In this document: piece by piece, positions 1 through 10,510 of the stretch | Layout: every line of letters begins with the position of its first letter | Position numbering within the stretch: position 1 is the first letter of the stretch | NCBI GenBank assembly: GCA_965215885.1 | Contig: CBDCEW010000064.1 | Location: forward strand, 1 to 64,000 | Source of the DNA: Candidatus Moanibacter sp. | GTDB taxonomy: Bacteria; Verrucomicrobiota; Verrucomicrobiia; Opitutales; UBA2987 | DNA length: 64,000 bases | Reading direction: 5' to 3' | The notes under the pieces: generated by a model | What the model was told of the DNA's origin: nothing | The model's database searches: none | Seen by the model: only the letters and a program-made list of their open reading frames with translations | Translations under genes and position numbers: made by a program

Positions 1-494
1 TCGCGGGTCGTATGGCTGACCAGGTTCACGTTCTCCAGAATCGTCGTCACCGCCGGCATTCTCAGTCCCCCGCTCTGCAAAAATCCGTACAAGCTCATCG
101 ACTCGCGCACAAACCGCCGTGCCGGTTTCGTGGTCAACGAACCCAGAAACCCTCGAAGCATCACGAACACGTATACCGCATAAGCCGGCATCCGCGGCCG
201 GCCTGCCCCAAGATTCAATTCAGCAGCCAGAATATTCTCCTCCTCGATGTCCAGCTCCGGCAGCTCCGCTGTGCGCCCTTCAAAGAACCTGCGATCTTCC
301 AATCGAAGTTTCTTCTTCTCACGCGCATGGGCGTCCAGATCCTTCTCGATCGCCTCGATGATTTGCGCCGCGAACCCGGCCAATTCTTCAACTTCATCCA
401 GAAAATCACGGAAATCCGTGTCTGGAACCGGCAGAATGAGGTTGCTAAGGGGCGTCTTGTCGCTTTTGTTCTCCTCTGTCGCACATGTTGGCAT
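1..494 (-). CDS. Probable transposase N-terminus (IS5/ISNCY-like), runs off the left window edge
   Basis: Translated by hand from ATG at 494: MPTCATEENKSDKTPLSNLILPVPDTDFRDFLDEVEELAGFAAQIIEAIEKDLDAHAREKKKLRLEDRRF...LGAGRPRMPAYAVYVFVMLRGFLGS..., open to position 1. GRPxM followed by a hydrophobic helix is typical of IS5/ISNCY-type N-terminal domains. Absent from the ORF track because it has no stop in the window. Confidence 0.6.
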   Translation of the reverse strand, partial: MPTCATEENKSDKTPLSNLILPVPDTDFRDFLDEVEELAGFAAQIIEAIEKDLDAHAREKKKLRLEDRRFFEGRTAELPELDIEEENILAAELNLGAGRPRMPAYAVYVFVMLRGFLGSLTTKPARRFVRESMSLYGFLQSGGLRMPAVTTILENVNLVSHTTR

Positions 495-642
495 GTTTAA
501 CTCATTTCTTAATCTTAAGTTGTTAAACACTAGCATATTGCGACACTTTTTATCAAGCCAAAAATGATTTTTCTCAAGTTTTTCTTGCGCCTTTTGCGCC
601 TCTTTGCGGCCAATCAGTAGCTTTTCGGATAAGGTCATACCA

Positions 643-1687
643 ATGAATATGAACCAACTTAAACGAATCGTGCTCGTGGGGGTGGGCGGTTTCGGTAAGA
701 CCTGGGTTAGGCTGCTCGCCTCGGATACAGCTTATGAGGTTGTCGGACTTGTGGACGCCTCAGAAGACGCCATCAAGGAGGCACGCGAGGCGCTCGGCCT
801 GAACGAAGCGGCGGTTTACTCCGACCTCGAGGAGGCCCTCCAGGCGACGCAACCGGATCTCGTAGTCGATTCGACGCCGCCGAAGTTCCGCCTCCAGTGG
901 GCGAAGCCGGCCTTCGAGCACGGAGCACACCTGATCGTGGCGAAACCGTTGGCGGAACGTCTGAGCGACGGACTTGAGATGATCCGGTTGGCGGAGGCAG
1001 CGGGCCGCTACCTGGCCGTCAACCAGCAGCAGCGCTACCACGTCGTGGCCGAGACCCTGGCAAAGTCCGTTTCAGACGGCCGCATCGGCCGGCATGTCTG
1101 CACTTATTTCTCCTTTTTCCAGCGGCGGGGTTGGCTCGACAGACTCGTCGAGGTGCCGAGCCCGCTTTTCGTCGAGTCGTCGATCCATCACTTCGACCTC
1201 TTTCGCGCCGTCCTCGATCAAAAGGTCACACGCGTCAACGCCGACGGCTGGACTCCCTCCGACATCGGCGCGGTGGGAAAGACGGCCGGATGCGCCTGGA
1301 TGGAGCTTGCCGACGGCAGCCGGATCATCTACCAGGCGACGCGAAGTAGCCGCAACGATCTCGATGGCGCATACAAAACCGGCTGGCACGGCCCCTGGAT
1401 TATCGAAGGGACGGATGGAGTGCTACGCGGGAGCGACTCCGAAGGCGTGTTTCTCAACGGCGAGCTCATTTTGTCTACAGAGGAAATTCGCTCGACTACG
1501 GCGGAGCGCAATATGAGCCGATCGTTTCTTCGATGCTTTTGTCAGCGCCGTCTCAAACGGCGAGCCCTTCGCTCTCGAGGGGCGGGAGAATATTCACACC
1601 CTCGCCGCCACCCACGCCGCCGAGGAGTCGATCAAATCCGGGAGATGGGTGAGCGTTGAGGAGATGTTAGGAATCTGTCGGACTTAG
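643..1687 (+). CDS. Gfo/Idh/MocA family oxidoreductase, with a single-base frameshift at about 1525
   Basis: VGVGGFG Rossmann motif, xKP motif (AKPLA) and IHHFD. Removing one T from TTT at 1525-1527 restores a canonical C-terminus FFDAFVSAVSNGEPFALEGRENIHTLAATHAAEESIKSGRWVSV, ending at TAG 1685-1687. Confidence 0.85.
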
Positions 1688-2044
1688 CTTTTCGAATTCG
1701 CGGAAATTATTGGGTATCTGGGAGCGTTTGTGTTTTGCGGGGACAATCAACCACCGACATCTTCCTAGTCGCTCTGCCGAGCGGCAGAGCGGGGACCAAA
1801 GCAAAGAGAGAGAAGCGGTGAGGGGGATCCGTCTTCGCTCCGCTTCGCCGAGACATTTGGAGGGGGAAACGCGGAGAACGGCAGGACGGGCAGGGCCGCA
1901 GTCGGCCCTTTGTCGCGAGCTTCGTCGTCAACTTCGTCGCCGTCTTCAGTCGATCCTCCCCCGACGAAGCTTACGATTAAGGTTGGAGGGGCTTTTCACC
2001 CCGTAAGGGAAACTTCGCCGTGAGTCCCGCTGAGCGCATTTGCG

Positions 2045-3388
2045 TTAACCTAAGGAGAAGAAACAAGAGAGGAAATCAAGTCGAGAACGCTTTTCATAGG
2101 TGCAGTGTTTGGGGATTTGTTTGAGCCATCGGGGGATGATCTGATCTTTGGGAATGTGAGAGAGGATGAAGAAGTAGGGAGCAAAGAAGCCAAACCAGTA
2201 GGAGAATTTAAGGATACTCAGAGGAGAGGACAAACTGGTATTCGAATAGTGTCTAAGGGGACCATAGACGAAGTTGAGTAAGTGGGTAATGAGGATGAGA
2301 CGGGCGTAGATAAGAAGCTCAACCTGGTAGGGAGTAGTCTCTTTGACCTGACCGAGATTAAGATGTTGCTTAAAGGCCTTAAAGAAAATTTCGATGCGCC
2401 AGCGAAGCCCGTAAAAGCTCAGAATCTGCTTAGGGCTAAAGTCTTTCTGATGGAGGTTTGTAATAAAGATTTGGAAACCGAGAAGGAAGCTGGTGCGGCT
2501 GGTATATCGAAGTCTATTGTCGCGGTTTTGTCTATGCTCGCGGCGGCGTTTATGGGCCACCTTCTGAGGGAGTTTGACGGCGATCAGACGAACCGGAAGC
2601 TTGGCTTTTTTACCCACCCGAACGGGCATATCGAGAAGCTTTTGGCCACGTAAAAGTTTGCGTAGATCGAGCTCTTCATCGCCTTCGTTGGCTAAAAGGC
2701 AAGTGCCGGTTTTCAAACGACTCACAAAGAAGCAGCCGCGCTGATCGAGTTGCTTAAAGACATCGAGGACAAAATAGCCTAAGTCGCGCAGGATCAAGTC
2801 GTTGGGTTGAGCGAGAGCGAGAATGTCTTTGGAAGCAGCCTGATCGTTTTTTCGGAAGCTACTGAGGCTGAAGTCAACGAAGGATTCATTGCGCAGATCG
2901 TAATAGGCCTGAATCTTCAGTTGAGCCTGTTTGGAGCCTGTCTGGTTGGACGCTCCGGGGAAGAAGGGGGCCAGGACCTTAGGCAAGCCAATCGAAGTGC
3001 TGTCGGCAATGAGAACCCAAGTGCTGTCGGCAATGAGAACCCGTTCAAAGCTCCTCATGCAATTTGGAACAGCTCTGCCCACAGGCCCATAAGCTTTAAG
3101 TTCTAAAAGCCTCAGGAGCACTAAGGTCATAAAAGCGGTGGCTTTTTTGGCGCACTTTTGGACCGCTTGTCTGGAAATGGTGCGGTTGGCTAAGAATCCA
3201 ATAAGCTCGGCTTCTTTGCCAAGGGACAAGGCCCCCTTAGAAGCCATCGCCAGCAAAGCCAAAACAAAGTTCAGAGGGGAGATCTTGCGCGATTTCCTCT
3301 CTCTAAAACCACTCTGTTTAGCGAGGGCTGTGAGGTTCAACTTACGGAAGGTTTGACGGATACAATCAGCTTTTTTTATACTTTGCAT
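2045..3388 (-). CDS. IS4-family DDE transposase
   Basis: IADST (first D), LRDLGYF (second D) and YGLRWRIEIFFKAFK (YREK motif). Likely start MQSIKK at 3388. Confidence 0.9.
   Translation of the reverse strand: MQSIKKADCIRQTFRKLNLTALAKQSGFRERKSRKISPLNFVLALLAMASKGALSLGKEAELIGFLANRTISRQAVQKCAKKATAFMTLVLLRLLELKAYGPVGRAVPNCMRSFERVLIADSTWVLIADSTSIGLPKVLAPFFPGASNQTGSKQAQLKIQAYYDLRNESFVDFSLSSFRKNDQAASKDILALAQPNDLILRDLGYFVLDVFKQLDQRGCFFVSRLKTGTCLLANEGDEELDLRKLLRGQKLLDMPVRVGKKAKLPVRLIAVKLPQKVAHKRRREHRQNRDNRLRYTSRTSFLLGFQIFITNLHQKDFSPKQILSFYGLRWRIEIFFKAFKQHLNLGQVKETTPYQVELLIYARLILITHLLNFVYGPLRHYSNTSLSSPLSILKFSYWFGFFAPYFFILSHIPKDQIIPRWLKQIPKHCTYEKRSRLDFLSCFFSLG
2995..3042. repeat. Perfect 24-bp tandem duplication inside the transposase
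   Basis: AAGTGCTGTCGGCAATGAGAACCC at 2995-3018 and 3019-3042, giving VLIADSTW-VLIADSTS in the protein. Confidence 0.95.
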
Positions 3389-3881
3389 CCGAAGGATAAA
3401 TCCTATATATGAACGAATGTACAGTATAAAATGCTGCCAAAGTGAAAAAAATGGGGTAGACGGTAAAAGTAGAGAAGATAACCCGGCCAAAATGCACTCG
3501 CTCAACTGCGAATTTCCTCACCGCTGTGGTCGAAACGAAGCAAATAGAAAAGGGCGAACAAATGGAGTGGAACCTCGAGGATAGAGACACCCTCATACTC
3601 CGCCGCAAAATACCTCGCAAGTCTTTGAATCTGACTAAGTTGCGAAAATAAGGTTTACGCGTATGCGCTGCGCGGGATCGCCGTTTTCCCTCTCTCTTTC
3701 GATAAAGCTTACGACGAGGTTTCGCACGAGAACTGTCATCGCGAAGGAGTTCCACGCCAGTGGAAGGACTGTGGCGATCCAGAAAGGGATGAAGGATCGA
3801 TCGACAAAGCTTACGACGAAGATTCACCGTGTTCAGAAACCTGACACCTGACACCAGAAACCTTCTTTTGACTCTCTGTCA

Positions 3882-4703
3882 TTACTCGACACTCCGATAC
3901 TTCTCCCACGCCACAGCAGCTTGCGAACCGTCGGACACGCCATCGTAGGCGGCGAATCCGCCGCGCCACTGGAAACTCTCCAGAAAAGGCAGCTTCCACG
4001 CCTTGTGGCGAAACGGGCTGTAATTATGGAGGCCGTAGTCCCTTGTAAACCAGGGTACCTTCTCCATCGATGGGTGCGGCATGAAGACGATCCCCACGTC
4101 ATTGGGCCCGACCTTGCCGGAGATCTCGACCCAGTCGGCGATGGAATCAAAGACCTTATCGCCACCCGTGACTCCCTCCGATGAGCGAATTCTCCCACCC
4201 CAGGGTGTCTCCAGTTGCTGAGCTACCCGCATGCTCAAGCCACCCTCTTTTGTCTGGCCGAAGAATACGTCCCCGTAGGCGGCAGTAAATGTCGTCTGCA
4301 CCTCGAGAAAATTTAAGCCATCCCACGCTTCGAAGCGAACGACGCGGGATTCATCAATGACGTGTTTTCCATTCACTGTCATCCAATGAAGATCGAGGGC
4401 GTAGGTGATTCCGCCATCGTCCGGTTCCACGCTGACTAACCGGCCTGCCTGTGGATTCAACGGACGCCTCGGGTGCATCTGCGCCCAGAAGTCGTGCCCG
4501 TTCACAAAGTCCTGCCCGACCCCGATTCCCTGATGGTGCAAGTGATCCGGCGGGCATTCCTGCAGCATGGTGACGCCGGCGGGGGAGTAGAACGGGAAGA
4601 CATAGGCGCGTATGTGGGTATGATTGACGGCGCCCAGCGGGCGCTCGCCGCACATTGCGTAATGGCGGGCGAGTTCGAAGCGGTCAGAATATTCAGCGGA
4701 CAT
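3882..4703 (-). CDS. DUF6807 / PmoA-family protein
   Basis: RAYVFPFYSPAG...PPDHLHHQGI, TKEGGLSMRV and WFTRDYG motifs are characteristic of this family. Confidence 0.75.
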   Translation of the reverse strand: MSAEYSDRFELARHYAMCGERPLGAVNHTHIRAYVFPFYSPAGVTMLQECPPDHLHHQGIGVGQDFVNGHDFWAQMHPRRPLNPQAGRLVSVEPDDGGITYALDLHWMTVNGKHVIDESRVVRFEAWDGLNFLEVQTTFTAAYGDVFFGQTKEGGLSMRVAQQLETPWGGRIRSSEGVTGGDKVFDSIADWVEISGKVGPNDVGIVFMPHPSMEKVPWFTRDYGLHNYSPFRHKAWKLPFLESFQWRGGFAAYDGVSDGSQAAVAWEKYRSVE

Positions 4704-5129
4704 GTAGTTTGTTCCCTTCTAATGATCGAATTTACAATACAAAAGTGGATATTTCATCGAGCAGCATAAGTGCAACGAAAAAGAGGAGGGAATGGAAGGA
4801 TGGAATTGTGGAACTGTGGAACTGCGGAATGTTGGGCAGGTGGGATGACAGTAATTGACCGACGCTTGCAATTCAGAATTTGAACCATTTACCATGGTTT
4901 CATCTCGGAAAGTCCTTAAGTATGCACAGCCGAAAACCGGCAATTTAAATGGAAGGTTCTTGCCTGGAGCATAATTTTGAACAGAAGGAATGGTAGAATA
5001 ACGGAAGGGAGATTGAAAGAGTTTAACCACGGATTGCGCGGATTGCACGGATACGGAGCGAAAACGCAGATCCCGCTGTGCGGGACCGTAATCGGATGTC
5101 GACTTCGCCAACTCGCTTTTGCGAGTGGA

Positions 5130-5215
5130 GAAACGCAAAGAAGAGCATTCCCAAAAGCGCTTCCTAAGTACGCAAAATGTAGGCGCGCTCTTGGGAATGC
5201 TCTTCTTTGCGTTTC
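5130..5215. repeat. Long inverted repeat (31-bp arms, 1 mismatch), REPIN-like
   Basis: GAAACGCAAAGAAGAGCATTCCCAAAAGCGC (5130-5160) pairs with GCGCTCTTGGGAATGCTCTTCTTTGCGTTTC (5185-5215); GTAG precedes the right arm. Confidence 0.85.
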
Positions 5216-5630
5216 AAGCTCTGCCATCCGGCAGAGCGAGGCGAAGTCGACACAGTCTTGGTCCTTATTCCCGCACAGCAAACATCCTTTTGGTTTCCCG
5301 GCTTCGAAATTCGCGCACTTCCATCCGTATTACAATCCGGCAGAACCTTGTTTTTCTAGCAAGTTTCTGCGTAAAAGAGGTTGGTATTCAATAAACTGCA
5401 GTCGACAAGGTTTGGGACAAGGTTCGCGACGAGGTTACCCAAGGGAAGTAGGAGTTTCCTTCTGCATTCGCGTTCATCTGCGTGGTCTGCCGTACGGCAG
5501 ACCGGTTCTCTTCTTCTTATTTGGTCGCGGCTCGGCTGCGCTAGGTAAATCCGCGTCAACCGCGGTCAAATCTATACTCGGAGATTATCCTTCGCAGTTT
5601 ATCCCAAATACAAGGCAGCGAAATTAGTAG

Positions 5631-6614
5631 ATGCTCAGCTACATTATACGCAGAATACTGTTGATGATTCCGGTGCTGCTGGTCATCAGCATCGCTTCCT
5701 TCGCTATTATCCAACTACCAGAGGGCGATTTTCTCGACGCCTACATGCTCGAGCTGCAAATGATCGGCGAAGAGGCCAGTCTCGCTGAAATCGAGTCTCT
5801 CCGTCATCGCTTCGGCCTGGATAAGCCGTTCCTGACACAGTATACGCTGTGGATAAAGGGCGTCCTCACGGGGGACCTCGGATATTCGTTCTATTACCGG
5901 AAGCCCGTCAGCGATCTGATCTGGGACCGCGTCGGCCTCAGTATCGCCCTTTCCCTTTCCGCGACCCTCTTCATTTGGATAGTGGCTTTCCCGATCGGCT
6001 TTTATTCGGCGACGCACCAGTACTCCGCCGGGGATCACATTTTTACCCTCGTGGGATTCCTGGGATTGGCGACGCCAAACTTCATCCTCGCATTGATTTT
6101 CATGTTTATTGCCCACCATTACTTTGGCCAGAGTGTGGGGGGGCTGTTTTCTCCCGAGTATGTTGAAGCGTCCTGGAGCTTTGCCAAATTCGTCGATCTG
6201 CTCAAACACATCTGGATTCCAACCATAGTCGTCGGCACCGCAGGCACTGCCGGCACCATACGTATCAGCCGGGCGAACCTTCTCGACGAGCTGCAAAAGC
6301 CCTATGTCATTACCGCCCGAACGAAGGGATTGAGCGAGTGGCGCCTCATTTTGAAATATCCCGTGCGTCTGGCTTTGAACCCTTTCATCAGCACGGTGGG
6401 GTGGATGCTCCCCAGTCTGGTATCCGGAGAAACGATTACCTCCATTGTCCTGGGCCTGCCCACCGTCGGGCCGCTGCTTTACCAGGGCTTGCGTATGCAG
6501 GACATGTATCTGGCGGGAAGCTGTATATTCATACTGAGCACCTTGACCGTCATAGGAACGCTGATTTCAGACCTGCTGCTGGCCGTGCTCGATCCTAGGA
6601 TTCGTTATGAGTAG
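5631..6614 (+). CDS. Dpp/Opp-type ABC transporter permease (DppB-like)
   Basis: MLSYIIRRILLMIP start, GDLGYS, EAA-like YVITARTKGLSE, LDPRIRY end. Confidence 0.93.
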   Translation: MLSYIIRRILLMIPVLLVISIASFAIIQLPEGDFLDAYMLELQMIGEEASLAEIESLRHRFGLDKPFLTQYTLWIKGVLTGDLGYSFYYRKPVSDLIWDRVGLSIALSLSATLFIWIVAFPIGFYSATHQYSAGDHIFTLVGFLGLATPNFILALIFMFIAHHYFGQSVGGLFSPEYVEASWSFAKFVDLLKHIWIPTIVVGTAGTAGTIRISRANLLDELQKPYVITARTKGLSEWRLILKYPVRLALNPFISTVGWMLPSLVSGETITSIVLGLPTVGPLLYQGLRMQDMYLAGSCIFILSTLTVIGTLISDLLLAVLDPRIRYE

Positions 6615-7746
6615 CGAACCGGAAACTATTGACCCGGCAGGTGTCATCGCGGAAGAGGAGAAAACCTTCGTTGCCTCTCAATGGCAACTGATCTGGTGGC
6701 GCTTTCGCAAACACAAGCTCGCCATCTACGCCGGTGTAGTGCTGTTCGGATTATACCTTCTGGCCATATTCTGTGAAGTCCTCTCCCCCTACAATCCCTA
6801 TGAGATTCATTCCAAATTCACCAATGTCCCTCCGATGGGGATGCACCTGTTCCACAGAGACCAGGACGGCCTGCACATGTCACTTCACACTTACGGCCTC
6901 AAGCCGATCCAAGGTGAGTCTTACGTGCGGACGTACCAGACCGTTACTTCTACAATCGTACCCCTCGGCCTCTTCGTCCGAGGCGAACCCTACAAGTTTT
7001 GGGGACTATGGACGACCGAGCGGCACCTCTTCGGAGCAGAGAGTCCGGACCAGGTCTTTTTCTTTTTTGGAACGGATGAGCTAGGGCGCGACCTCCTCTC
7101 TCGCATCCTATACGGCTCCCGGATTTCGCTTTCCATCGGCCTGGTAGGCGTTTTTCTATCTTTTACCATCGGAATCGTATTGGGGGGGATTTCAGGCTAT
7201 TACGGAGGGATGGCGGATCTTATTATTCAAAGGTTCATTGAAATCCTCAATTCGATTCCCACGCTTCCGCTGTGGATGGGACTCAGCGCAGCCCTGCCCG
7301 CTCACTGGCCGATCATCTGGGTATACTTCGGAATGGTCTCAATCCTGTCACTGCTCGGCTGGACCGGCACAGCGCGTGTCGTGCGTGGCAAGTTTCTCGC
7401 CCTTCGTGAAGAGGAGTTCGTCCTGGCTGCTCGCTTCTCGGGTGCGAGTTCTGCCCGCATCATGTTCCGCCATATGCTGCCCTCGTTTGCCAGCCACCTC
7501 ATCGCTTCGCTCACCCTCGCCATTCCAGGTATGATTTTGGGCGAGACGGCCTTAAGTTTTCTCGGTATCGGCCTCAGAGCGCCGGCCATAAGCTGGGGGG
7601 TTCTGCTTCAGGGGGCTCAGAATGTAAGCACCCTCATGCTGCGTCCCTGGCTGTTGCTCCCGGTAGCATTTGTCGTAGTAACAGTCCTCATGTTCAACTT
7701 CTTCGGCGATGGACTCAGGGACGCCGCAGATCCCTATGGGAAGTAG
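6607..7746 (+). CDS. Dpp/Opp-type ABC transporter permease (DppC-like)
   Basis: FGTDELGRDLLSR, EFVLAARFSGAS, GDGLRDAADP; overlaps the upstream permease. Confidence 0.93.
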   Translation: MSSEPETIDPAGVIAEEEKTFVASQWQLIWWRFRKHKLAIYAGVVLFGLYLLAIFCEVLSPYNPYEIHSKFTNVPPMGMHLFHRDQDGLHMSLHTYGLKPIQGESYVRTYQTVTSTIVPLGLFVRGEPYKFWGLWTTERHLFGAESPDQVFFFFGTDELGRDLLSRILYGSRISLSIGLVGVFLSFTIGIVLGGISGYYGGMADLIIQRFIEILNSIPTLPLWMGLSAALPAHWPIIWVYFGMVSILSLLGWTGTARVVRGKFLALREEEFVLAARFSGASSARIMFRHMLPSFASHLIASLTLAIPGMILGETALSFLGIGLRAPAISWGVLLQGAQNVSTLMLRPWLLLPVAFVVVTVLMFNFFGDGLRDAADPYGK

Positions 7747-8315
7747 CACCACGAATTCGTGAGAACTACGAATACACGCGAATTTACGCGAATGATTGAG
7801 AATGATTCGATGCATATTTCGACAAGGTTCGGGACAAGGTTTGCGACCCGTCGTCGCTTCGCTTTGCCGAGGCAGGCGAGGTTTGCCGCACTGAACCCTG
7901 CGCAGGCTTGCTGTGATCCTGCAAAGCGGGATGATCCCGTTACCGATCGGAGATTTTACGTCCGATTGTCGCAGACAATTCCGGTTACCCGTAAGTTGGG
8001 TGATGGACATCCCCCACGCTTGCCGTGGGGTAAATTGAGGATTCCGGATACACTCAATGATGCTGGTTTGCGAAAGAATCCCCCAGGCTTGCCCTGGGGA
8101 TCGTTAGGTTTCTCGGCTACCCCGATGCGAGTAGAAAAACCTGAGGCTCTCCGGGGCAAGCCCGGAGGATCTGGGAAGGTGAAGGCCCGGTCCCTTAGCT
8201 GGAAACCTAAGCAACCCCGCCCCAAGTCCGGGGGATTGCTGCCCTCGCCGAATCTGTATTGGATGCGGCTGCACTGCGGAGTGCGATCCGTGCCGATCCG
8301 TGAATTCCGTGGTTT
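7747..8315. repeat. Composite non-coding insertion inside the ABC operon: inverted 9-mer periodic ends enclosing four REP-like palindromes
   Basis: Left end CACCACGAAT...ACGCGAATTTACGCGAAT; right end ATCCGTGCCGATCCGTGAATTCCGTGG. Palindromes: CCCCACGCTTGCCGTGGGG (8012-8030), CCCCAGGCTTGCCCTGGGG (8081-8099), CTCCGGGGCAAGCCCGGAG (8149-8167) and a degenerate copy at 8215-8234. Confidence 0.7.
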
Positions 8316-8342
8316 TTCTGAAACGCTTAGAATGCCAAATTC

Positions 8343-9353
8343 ATGAGCGACCAGAAGGATAAGCCACTTCTAACCATCCGCGGTCTGAAGACCTACTTCC
8401 GCTCCGATGAAGGATTGGTGCGAGCGGTGGATGGCCTCGACCTGGAAATCGGCCGTGGGCAGATTGTCGGGATGGTTGGTGAAAGTGGGTGCGGGAAGAG
8501 CGTCACCGCCCAATCTATCCTCCAGGTGGTTCCCTTGCCGGGACGTGTCGAAGGCGGCGAGATCCTTCTTAACGCTAACGGTCAAACCATTGACATCGCG
8601 ACCCTCGACCCCAAGGGAAAAGAAATCCGGAAGATACGCGGGTTGGAGATCTCCATGATCTTTCAGGAACCCATGACCGCGTTCAGTCCGGTGCATACGG
8701 TAGGCAACCAGATCATGGAAGCCATCCGCGTGCACCGCGATATCGACAGAGCGGAGGCTCGGGCCAGGGCTTTGGCGATGCTCAGCCGCGTGGGCATCCC
8801 CAAGCCTGACCAGCGCATCGATGCCTATCCGTACCAGCTCAGCGGCGGCATGCGTCAACGGGCCATGATCGCTATGGCTCTTTGCTGCCGCCCGAAACTC
8901 CTGATCGCGGACGAGCCCACCACCGCCCTCGATGTCACCATTCAGGCTCAGATTCTCGATCTCATCAGGGAACTGCAAGACGAGATGCATATGGCCGTCC
9001 TCTTGATAACGCACAATCTCGGAGTGGTGGCGGAACTCGCAGACGAAGTCGTCATTATGTACCTTGGAAAGGAAGTCGAAAGAGCCCCCGTCACCGAACT
9101 GTTCGACAATCCACTCCATCCCTACACGCGACAGCTGCTGAAGTCGGTGCCGAGGCCCGGCGTGCGTCACCAGGGGAAACTGGAAAACATCAAGGGCATT
9201 CTTCCCAATCCTTTTCACCGTCCTGCCGGATGCCCCTTTCATCCCAGATGTCCTGAATTCATGTCAGGAACTTGCAATGAACAAACTCCAACTCTGAAAG
9301 ATATGAGTGGGCGTCACAGTGTGGCCTGCTTTCTTCACGAGCAGAATCAGTGA
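8343..9353 (+). CDS. ABC transporter ATP-binding protein (DppD-like)
   Basis: [24 protein letters not shown] and C-terminal GCPFHPRC. Confidence 0.95.
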   Translation: MSDQKDKPLLTIRGLKTYFRSDEGLVRAVDGLDLEIGRGQIVGMVGESGCGKSVTAQSILQVVPLPGRVEGGEILLNANGQTIDIATLDPKGKEIRKIRGLEISMIFQEPMTAFSPVHTVGNQIMEAIRVHRDIDRAEARARALAMLSRVGIPKPDQRIDAYPYQLSGGMRQRAMIAMALCCRPKLLIADEPTTALDVTIQAQILDLIRELQDEMHMAVLLITHNLGVVAELADEVVIMYLGKEVERAPVTELFDNPLHPYTRQLLKSVPRPGVRHQGKLENIKGILPNPFHRPAGCPFHPRCPEFMSGTCNEQTPTLKDMSGRHSVACFLHEQNQ

Positions 9354-9356
9354 GAT

Positions 9357-10391
9357 ATGCGGGATAGCGAACAGTCTCAGACCCCGCCCCTGCTGGAGGT
9401 CAAAAATCTTAAAACGCACTTCCCAATCCAGAAGGGCATACTCAAACGCACGGTAGGGTATGTCCGGGCGGTTGATGGCGTCAGCCTTACGCTGGAAAAG
9501 GGAGAAACGCTCGGTCTCGTAGGCGAAAGCGGCTGCGGTAAGAGCACCCTGGCACGCACTATAATGGGCGGCTACAAACCGACCTCGGGCGAGATCCATT
9601 TGCGCAGCGAAAACGGCGGCACGATTCGCATCGACCAGCTCAATGACAAGGAAATGCGGGAGGTGCGCCGCCATATGCAGATGATTTTCCAGGATCCTTT
9701 CTCTTCGCTGAATCCCCGCATGCCGGTAATGGAAATCATCGGCGAGCCGCTCCTCGTCAACAACGTTGCCCGAGGCAAGGAGTTGGAAAATCGTGTCGCC
9801 GAACTCATGGAAAAAGTGGGCCTGCGCCCCGAATACATGCGCCGTTATCCTCACGCTTTTTCCGGGGGCCAGAGGCAGCGCATCGGCATCGCTCGCGCCC
9901 TCGCGTTGCATCCGCGGATCGTCGTCGCCGACGAAGCGGTCTCGGCCCTGGATGTATCGGTTCAGGCGCAAATACTCAACCTGCTGCGCGAGCTTCAGGA
10001 GGAGATGCACCTCAGCTATCTTTTTATCGCCCACGACCTGGGGGTGGTAGAGTATATCTGCACGCGAGTGGCCGTAATGTACTTGGGACAGATTGTGGAA
10101 GTCGCTCCTCGCGACGAGCTTTTCAGCAATCCGAAACACCCGTATACCGAGGCCCTCCTTCGAGCTATTCCCAAGATGGATCCCCGCAAAAGGGGCGGCC
10201 ACGTTGCCCTGCGCGGCGAGGTGCCCGATCCGGCAGAGCCCCCCTCGGGTTGTCACTTTCATCCCCGCTGTCCCTATGCAAAGGACAAATGCAAGCAACA
10301 GCGGACTGCACTCGCTCCCTGCTCCGATGACGGCAACCACCGGGTTTCCTGCCACTTCGCGAAAGATCTCGACCTGCAGCCGGGTTCGTGA
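9357..10391 (+). CDS. ABC transporter ATP-binding protein (DppF-like)
   Basis: [24 protein letters not shown] and GCHFHPRC. Confidence 0.95.
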   Translation: MRDSEQSQTPPLLEVKNLKTHFPIQKGILKRTVGYVRAVDGVSLTLEKGETLGLVGESGCGKSTLARTIMGGYKPTSGEIHLRSENGGTIRIDQLNDKEMREVRRHMQMIFQDPFSSLNPRMPVMEIIGEPLLVNNVARGKELENRVAELMEKVGLRPEYMRRYPHAFSGGQRQRIGIARALALHPRIVVADEAVSALDVSVQAQILNLLRELQEEMHLSYLFIAHDLGVVEYICTRVAVMYLGQIVEVAPRDELFSNPKHPYTEALLRAIPKMDPRKRGGHVALRGEVPDPAEPPSGCHFHPRCPYAKDKCKQQRTALAPCSDDGNHRVSCHFAKDLDLQPGS

Positions 10392-10510
10392 GCCGGGAAA
10401 AAGCGGCCGTTCATCCCCTCCGGCTTAAATTCCTATGCTTGTTTCCAGGCGAAATTTTCGGTCCTTTCAAAGGCGGAAAGATCAGACATCGTTCTCGAAA
10501 ATACCAACAT

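Larger units (their letters stand above)
2037..3665 (-). mobile_element. IS4-family insertion sequence (1629 bp)
   Basis: Imperfect terminal IRs: CATTTGCGTTAACCTAAG (2037-2054) versus the reverse complement CATACGCGTAAACCTTAT (ending 3665). Flanking 9-bp near-direct repeat CGCTGAGCG (2028-2036) / CGCTGCGCG (3666-3674). Encodes a DDE transposase. Confidence 0.85.

Noticed and set aside
3882..4703. Particulate methane monooxygenase subunit
   Set aside because: The PmoA family label is a legacy name for this soluble DUF6807-type protein; there are no transmembrane helices and no pmoB/pmoC.
4719..5627. Several 90-216 aa ORFs upstream of the ABC operon
   Set aside because: They span hairpins and periodic repeats; no protein motifs.
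7759..8346. 195-aa ORF between the ABC permease and ATPase genes
   Set aside because: It is made almost entirely of palindromic repeats and has no recognisable motif.
8370..10355. Long antisense ORFs (290 aa, 363 aa), and similar ones at 20752-21720, 24262-25167 and 57322-58050
   Set aside because: They are shadow frames opposite well-supported genes in GC-rich DNA.
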